35,570 bases of DNA from a virus. The DNA is taken from positions 1-35,570 of the IMG/VR virus record IMGVR_UViG_3300045988_124184. One strand, written 5' to 3'. The position numbers and the translations under genes were made by a program. Every line of letters begins with the position of its first letter. The first letter of the stretch is position 1. The notes under the pieces are model-generated. The model was not told the origin of the DNA and searched no databases. It saw only the letters and a program-made list of their open reading frames with translations. Shown here one piece after another: positions 30,722-35,570 of this stretch.

Positions 30722-32398
30722 TTGCTTACTCCTGAATTCTTAGAGCGCTTTCCTCAGCCTATCTTTGATTTATTTCAAGATTTAGAAGATGAGATACTGA
30801 AAGATATATCCAGACGCATTGCGAAAACCGGAAAAATTACAGATACAGCACAATGGCAAATGGAAAGATTGAGTGCAATTCTTTCTACTGACGAAAAAAT
30901 AAAAAAAGCTATTTCTAATGTTGATAAAAAAGCACAGAAAGAAATAGAGAACATGCTAAATGAAGCCGCTCACACATCTTTTGATGCACAGGCGGCTATT
31001 TATTATGCTGCAAATAAAAATATCAAGAAATTTACAGACTACAGCGAATTAGAAATGCTGATTGAAAGCATCATAAAGCAGACACAAGGTGAGTTAAAAA
31101 ATTTAACCCGTACTATGGGCTTTGTGGAGCAGGTCAACGGTAAATCTCACGCGGTAAGCCTTACAACAGCATATCAGAAGCAGTTGGATTTAGCGCAGCT
31201 ATCTGTTTCCACTGGAACGCTGGACTACAACACGGCGATACGAACAGCAATCAAGCGACTTGCTGACAGTGGTATCCGCTTTATCAATTACGAATCGGGA
31301 TGGACAAATCATCTTGATGTAGCCGCAAGGCGAGCAGTGATGACAGGTGTCAATCAATTATCTGTGAGGATGACAGACTTTCTAGCAGATGAGCTAGGAT
31401 GTGAATTCTTTGAAGTAACTGCACACGCAGGGGCAAGACCGTCACACAGAGTGTGGCAAGGCGAAGTATATCACAGAGGTGGAGAAAAAGACGGCTACCC
31501 CGATTTGGAAGAAACCACAGGATTGGGAAGAGTAGACGGACTTTGCGGTGCAAACTGTCGACATTCTTATCATCCATTCTTTCCGGGTATATCCGAAAGG
31601 GCGTACAGCCGAAAACAACTGCGAGAGATTGACCCACCTTCATTTATATATAACGGTAAGGTGTATACTACGTATGAGGCTACTCAAAAGCAAAGGGATA
31701 TGGAAACGGCCATACGCAAGACAAAAAGGGAGTTAATCGGTTATGAATCTGCTGGACTGAAAGATGATTACATAGCCGCTGCGCTCAAACTCAAAAGACA
31801 GCGTGACGCGTACAAAGAGTTCAGTTATCTTGCTGACATGGCACAGCAGAAAGAGTTGACACAGATTTATGGTTTTGGGCACAGTCAGGCAAGTAAAGCG
31901 GTGTGGGCGAACAGAAAGGTTGAAAAATCTGCCCAAAGTGCTATACTGAATGACAAGGAAGAATCAGCTTTATTAAGATATTTGAGCGGGGAAAGTTATA
32001 TTCTGAATGCAAAACTAAGAGATGGAATATCATTAAACTCTTCTGAAAAAGAATTAATGTTGGATATGGATGCAACTTTAAATAAACTTCCAAAATATAA
32101 AGGAATAGTCATACGAGATTTAGACTTTAAATATTTTGATGAAGTTGAAACGTTTGTAAATAAACATAAAATTGGAGCTGTTGTTGAATATTCTTCGTTT
32201 TCATCTTGCTCAACTTTAAATTCTTATCAAAATAGTCCAACAATACGTTTATATATTCAATCTAAAAATGGTAAGGATTTAAGGAAGTATAACGCTGAAG
32301 AAGGAGAAATACTATTCAAAAGAAACACAAGATTTTTCATTCATAACCAATATCGCAAAGATGGAATGTGGATTTTTGAAATGGAGGAATTGATATGA
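30722..32398 (+). CDS. MuF/SPP1 gp7-family minor head protein fused to a C-terminal ADP-ribosyltransferase toxin domain
   Basis: The N-terminal two-thirds are gp7/MuF-like. The C-terminal ~150 aa carry LLRYLSGESYILNAKLR, R465 (YKGIVIRD, nt 32114-32116), FSSCS (32198-32212) and E527-G-E529 (32300-32308), i.e. the R / STS / ExE triad. Confidence 0.85.
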   Translation: MLTPEFLERFPQPIFDLFQDLEDEILKDISRRIAKTGKITDTAQWQMERLSAILSTDEKIKKAISNVDKKAQKEIENMLNEAAHTSFDAQAAIYYAANKNIKKFTDYSELEMLIESIIKQTQGELKNLTRTMGFVEQVNGKSHAVSLTTAYQKQLDLAQLSVSTGTLDYNTAIRTAIKRLADSGIRFINYESGWTNHLDVAARRAVMTGVNQLSVRMTDFLADELGCEFFEVTAHAGARPSHRVWQGEVYHRGGEKDGYPDLEETTGLGRVDGLCGANCRHSYHPFFPGISERAYSRKQLREIDPPSFIYNGKVYTTYEATQKQRDMETAIRKTKRELIGYESAGLKDDYIAAALKLKRQRDAYKEFSYLADMAQQKELTQIYGFGHSQASKAVWANRKVEKSAQSAILNDKEESALLRYLSGESYILNAKLRDGISLNSSEKELMLDMDATLNKLPKYKGIVIRDLDFKYFDEVETFVNKHKIGAVVEYSSFSSCSTLNSYQNSPTIRLYIQSKNGKDLRKYNAEEGEILFKRNTRFFIHNQYRKDGMWIFEMEELI

Positions 32399-32631
32399 AC
32401 GCCAATAAAAAATTAACTTTTGAAGAATTTTTACAAATGCCTCGTTCAGAACAAAATATTAGGTACAGAGATTTATCTGACCACGATAAGTTTAGGGCAA
32501 GAATGAGTGAAGGCGGATACTCATTAGTTGATGATGGTACACCACCCATGACTGAGGAAGATTTTTGTGCTATGTTTGGAATAACAAAGCAAGAATTGGA
32601 AGATTTTAAAAAACTTCATAATTTAAAATAA
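32395..32631 (+). CDS. Small acidic protein, candidate immunity/antidote for the ART domain
   Basis: 78 aa, ATGA-coupled to the toxin-fusion gene and followed by a terminator. Confidence 0.6.
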   Translation: MNANKKLTFEEFLQMPRSEQNIRYRDLSDHDKFRARMSEGGYSLVDDGTPPMTEEDFCAMFGITKQELEDFKKLHNLK

Positions 32632-32635
32632 GTTC

Positions 32636-32666
32636 AAACCACCTTATTTTTAGGGTGGTTTTTTTA
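32636..32666 (+). terminator. Intrinsic terminator
   Basis: AAACCACC-loop-GGTGGTTT followed by TTTTTAT. Confidence 0.75.
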
Positions 32667-32779
32667 TGCCCTGAGCAAGGCGTTAAAAGGCTTTTTTATT
32701 ATGGCTGACTACGAGCGTAATCGGTGGAGTGGAAAGAGATGCGACCTCGTATAAAAGCGTATCTACAGAAAGGATAACT

Positions 32780-33367
32780 ATGAAACGAGAAGAACTAATT
32801 GAACTGAATGTGCCTGAAGAAGCGATTGACAAAATTATGCAGATTAACGGAGCGGATATAGAAAAAGTAAAAACTGCTCTCGAAGAAAAAGAAAAAGCGC
32901 TGACCGAAGCACACGAGAACTTAGAGGCTGCCAACAAGCAGATAGAAGAGTTCAAAGGAATGGATATTGAAAGTATCCAAAAAGCATGTGATGACTGGAA
33001 GCAAAAAGCAGAACAAGCCGAAGCAGACAAGCAAAAGTTTATCCATGAAAGCAAGGTTGCAGGATACGTAAAGGGTTTAAAACTAAAAGATGAAATTTAC
33101 GAAAATCATGTAACAAAAATGCTGCTGGATAAAGGATTACAATTTGAAGGTGATAAGCTTATTGGTGCAGATGATGTGGTAAATCCATTTAAGGAATCTT
33201 ATCCAGACGCATTTCAGAGTACAAAACCAACACCGACATTTGTAGCGGCTACAGGTACATCACAAGAAATGAAATTAACAAAGGAAGATTTTAGAAAAAT
33301 GGGATATCAGGATAGATTATCTCTTAAGTCTGAATATCCCGAACTTTATAATGAACTAAAGGAGTAA
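32780..33367 (+). CDS. Scaffolding protein
   Basis: 195 aa from ATG 32780, highly charged coiled coil, directly upstream of the capsid gene. Confidence 0.75.
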   Translation: MKREELIELNVPEEAIDKIMQINGADIEKVKTALEEKEKALTEAHENLEAANKQIEEFKGMDIESIQKACDDWKQKAEQAEADKQKFIHESKVAGYVKGLKLKDEIYENHVTKMLLDKGLQFEGDKLIGADDVVNPFKESYPDAFQSTKPTPTFVAATGTSQEMKLTKEDFRKMGYQDRLSLKSEYPELYNELKE

Positions 33368-33373
33368 TTTAAT

Positions 33374-34222
33374 ATGGCAGATGTAACAAAAATTGCAAAT
33401 ATGATTAATCCGGAGGTAATGGCAGATGTCGTTAGAGATAAACTGACCGATTTGATTAAGTTTACACCACTGGCAAAAATCGATACTACTTTGCAGGGAC
33501 GAGCAGGTGATACTGTAACACTTCCTAAGTTTGCATATATTGGGGATGCTGCTGATGTTGCAGAGGGTGAGGCTATTCCAATGTCACTGCTTACAACTAG
33601 CACCTCAAAAGTAAAGGTAAAAAAAGCAGGCAAAGGTATCAAAATAACCGATGAGGCTGTGCTTAGTGGATATGGTGACCCTGTAGGAGAAGGAACAAAT
33701 CAACTGTCTTTGTCTATTGCAGCTAAAGTAGACAACGATTGCTTAACTGCGTTATCTGGAATTAAAGCAAACATGACCGTTGATGTAAGCGCAAAAAATA
33801 CAATCGGTAGTCATGTAGTTGCGGACGGTTTGGTAAAATTCGGCGAAGATTTGGAAGGAGAAAAAGTGTTATTGATTGCTCCTGCCCAGTTAGCACAAAT
33901 CCGAAAAGACCCTGATTATTTAAAACCTTCCGAAATGACACAAAAAGCAATTATGAGCGGTGTTATTGGTGAGATTTGGGGTTGTCAAATTTGCGTTTCC
34001 AACAAAATCAAAGCGAGTGGTTCCAAATATACAAACTACATTGTAAAACCGGGTGCACTTGCGATTTATCTGAAACGTGGGGTAGAGGTTGAAACTGCAA
34101 GAGATATTAGCTTAAAGTTAACCGAAATTACAGCAGATGAGCATTATGCAGTTTATCTTCTCGATGAAAGCAAAGCTGTTAAACTGGTTACTGCAGAAAA
34201 CCCAGTTGCAGCCGCAGCATAA
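33374..34222 (+). CDS. Major capsid protein
   Basis: 282 aa, RBS AAGGAG; position after the scaffold and abundant-structural-protein composition. Confidence 0.85.
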   Translation: MADVTKIANMINPEVMADVVRDKLTDLIKFTPLAKIDTTLQGRAGDTVTLPKFAYIGDAADVAEGEAIPMSLLTTSTSKVKVKKAGKGIKITDEAVLSGYGDPVGEGTNQLSLSIAAKVDNDCLTALSGIKANMTVDVSAKNTIGSHVVADGLVKFGEDLEGEKVLLIAPAQLAQIRKDPDYLKPSEMTQKAIMSGVIGEIWGCQICVSNKIKASGSKYTNYIVKPGALAIYLKRGVEVETARDISLKLTEITADEHYAVYLLDESKAVKLVTAENPVAAAA

Positions 34223-34235
34223 TTAAAATAGAGAT

Positions 34236-34610
34236 ATGGCATATGTAGATTATGTATACTACCAAACGCAGTGGGGTGGAGAACTTGACCAAAAAGATTT
34301 TACTATTTTGTCGGAAAGAGCTTCTGACTATATAGACACAATCACGTTTAATCGAATCAAGGAAAATCCAAATCTGATGTGTGATGAAGTGAAAAAAGCC
34401 GTGTGCAGTGTGATTGACGAAATGCAGCAACAGAAAGCAATAAAAACAAAAGGCGTAGTGAAATCATTTAACAATGACGGATACAGTGAAACACTGTCTT
34501 ATGGTTTGGATTCTCGCTCAAATGCGCGAAAGCTGAGGGAATCAGCTTCTTTGTACTTAGCAAACACAGGTCTGTTATATCGGGGGTATTGCCATGATAG
34601 GAGCAGATAA
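34236..34610 (+). CDS. Head-tail connector (gp6/gp15-like adaptor)
   Basis: 124 aa; position and size only. Confidence 0.6.
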   Translation: MAYVDYVYYQTQWGGELDQKDFTILSERASDYIDTITFNRIKENPNLMCDEVKKAVCSVIDEMQQQKAIKTKGVVKSFNNDGYSETLSYGLDSRSNARKLRESASLYLANTGLLYRGYCHDRSR

Positions 34611-34941
34611 AGACATTACCTGTTTTGTAGAGCAAAAAGACGAAACATACAAAAGACATCTGGTTGTTGGTGCAACATGGCGAGAAGTAACGGCGGTAAG
34701 TACCACTGATAAAGGATTAAATTTAGATAACTTTGTAAAAATCCGCATACCTATTGAAAACGCACCGGAAGGCTTCACGCCGCAAAAAGAAATGCTTGTG
34801 GTGCAAGGAGATTGCAACGAAAACGTTGGTGTAGATATCACTGCCAGCGCACTTAAGAGAAAGTATAACGCAGTGACAATAAAGTCTGTGACCTATAACA
34901 CAGACGGTCAATGCCCGCATTGGAAGTTAGAAGGTGTGTAA
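34594..34941 (+). CDS. Head-closure / neck protein
   Basis: 115 aa; position and overlap-coupled to its neighbours. Confidence 0.55.
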   Translation: MIGADKDITCFVEQKDETYKRHLVVGATWREVTAVSTTDKGLNLDNFVKIRIPIENAPEGFTPQKEMLVVQGDCNENVGVDITASALKRKYNAVTIKSVTYNTDGQCPHWKLEGV

Positions 34942-35295
34942 ATGGCCGGCATTAAAATCAAAATCGACCCGGTAGACAAGATACTGCTAAAACGTAACCT
35001 GAATCAAAATGGGCAGGCACAAAAATTCTTTTCCAGCGAAGTACGTCGCATGTCTGACCCTTATGTACCTTTTCAAAAAGGAACTTTGAAAAATACGGCC
35101 AGAGTGTATCCGAATCGTATCGAGTACATTCAGCCGTATGCCAGAAAAAATTACTATGGAAACAAAGGTTATGGTACGCAGGGAACCAATCAAGGCGGAT
35201 TGCGTGGTAAGCAGTGGATTCCGCGTATGTGGATTGACAGAGGCAAAACCATTGTGAAAAGCGTTGCGAAGTTCGCAGGAGGTGTTGCGAAATAA
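34942..35295 (+). CDS. Minor capsid / HK97 gp10-like neck protein
   Basis: 117 aa; position only. Confidence 0.55.
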   Translation: MAGIKIKIDPVDKILLKRNLNQNGQAQKFFSSEVRRMSDPYVPFQKGTLKNTARVYPNRIEYIQPYARKNYYGNKGYGTQGTNQGGLRGKQWIPRMWIDRGKTIVKSVAKFAGGVAK

Positions 35296-35321
35296 ATACG
35301 ATTAATGCAATTTATGACTAT

Positions 35322-35570
35322 ATGCGTACTTGTCCGCTTCTCGATGAAGACGGAAAGGTGCGCGTTAACTTTTTAGGGGAAACCCCAATCGAATATGTAA
35401 TTGAAGAAGTACCGGCAGAACCGATAGTCAAGCGTTATGTTGACGGCTCATCGATTCGGCAGGTGCTTTTTATTTTTGCCAGTCGTGATGACTATGACAA
35501 AAGTGCAATTCAAAATATGTTGTCCTCGAACTTTTATGAAAATCTTTCTGATTGGTTCGAGCAACAAACA
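35322..35570 (+). CDS. Neck/tail-completion protein, N-terminal part (continues at nt 56-205 after circular closure; 132 aa total)
   Basis: The first in-frame ATG is at 35322 and has no SD. The frame is open from 35296, and GGAGGTG at 35277-35283 suggests a possible upstream non-ATG start (ATA 35292 or ATT 35301). Confidence 0.65.
   Translation, partial: MRTCPLLDEDGKVRVNFLGETPIEYVIEEVPAEPIVKRYVDGSSIRQVLFIFASRDDYDKSAIQNMLSSNFYENLSDWFEQQT
35516..35570. repeat. Terminal overlap copy 2 (identical to 1-55)
   Basis: Exact identity read directly. Confidence 0.95.

Larger units (their letters stand above)
1..35570. mobile_element. Complete, circularly closed temperate siphovirus (prophage-type) genome; unique length 35,515 bp
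   Basis: All phage modules are present in canonical order. An integrase and an attP with a tRNA fragment are present. The first 55 nt are repeated exactly at the end. Confidence 0.9.

Noticed and set aside
1-35570. Search for CRISPR-like arrays, reverse transcriptase (retron or DGR), transposase/IS ends, rRNA or complete tRNA genes
   Set aside because: None were seen. There are no regularly spaced repeat-spacer arrays, no RT motifs (YxDD) in any ORF, and no transposase-like ORFs or terminal inverted repeats beyond those reported.

Overview
The window is a complete temperate siphovirus genome from a low-GC Gram-positive (Firmicutes-type) host. It closes on itself: nt 1-55 are identical to nt 35516-35570, which gives a unique length of 35,515 bp. 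From 27.5 kb and across the junction the order is: terS, terL, portal, a MuF-family minor head protein fused to an ADP-ribosyltransferase toxin domain, a small putative immunity gene, scaffold, major capsid, connector genes, major tail protein, two chaperone-like genes, tape measure, Dit, Gp37-like tail protein, collar-domain fibre, GH25+3xLysM endolysin, and two membrane/holin genes. This is followed by attP, which carries the 3' ~56 nt of tRNA-Pro(GGG), a tyrosine integrase, a cI-like HTH-S24 repressor and a divergent cro-like gene. Next come early genes, a replication module (AAA_24 ATPase, SF2 helicase, VRR-NUC, DUF669, prim-pol/D5 primase-helicase), two HTH regulators, dCTP deaminase and a sigma-like late regulator. 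Five observations stand out. (1) A self-contained three-gene cassette at 14.0-15.5 kb, between lysis and attP, has its own operator-bearing promoter and tandem terminators. Its last gene looks like a minimal HEPN protein (Rx4H), so it is my best candidate for an undescribed toxin-antitoxin/abortive-infection-type system. (2) A ~3.2-kb accessory island splits the tail chaperone/TMP junction. It holds a promoter-2 lipoprotein-terminator moron, a P22 immI-like Arc/Ant unit (RHH gene behind a promoter with a 14-bp perfect palindrome, then a Bro-N/ORF6N antirepressor), and an untracked Mu Com-like zinc-ribbon ORF. (3) Between cI and int there are face-to-face promoters, a leader terminator and a candidate ~80-nt sRNA. 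(4) In the early operon, a ~770-bp insertion flanked by 34-bp direct repeats carries a reverse-oriented gene and a 24-bp inverted repeat. (5) Several operator and ori-like repeat sets are present. All functional calls come from reading the sequence and recalling family signatures; no searches were run.
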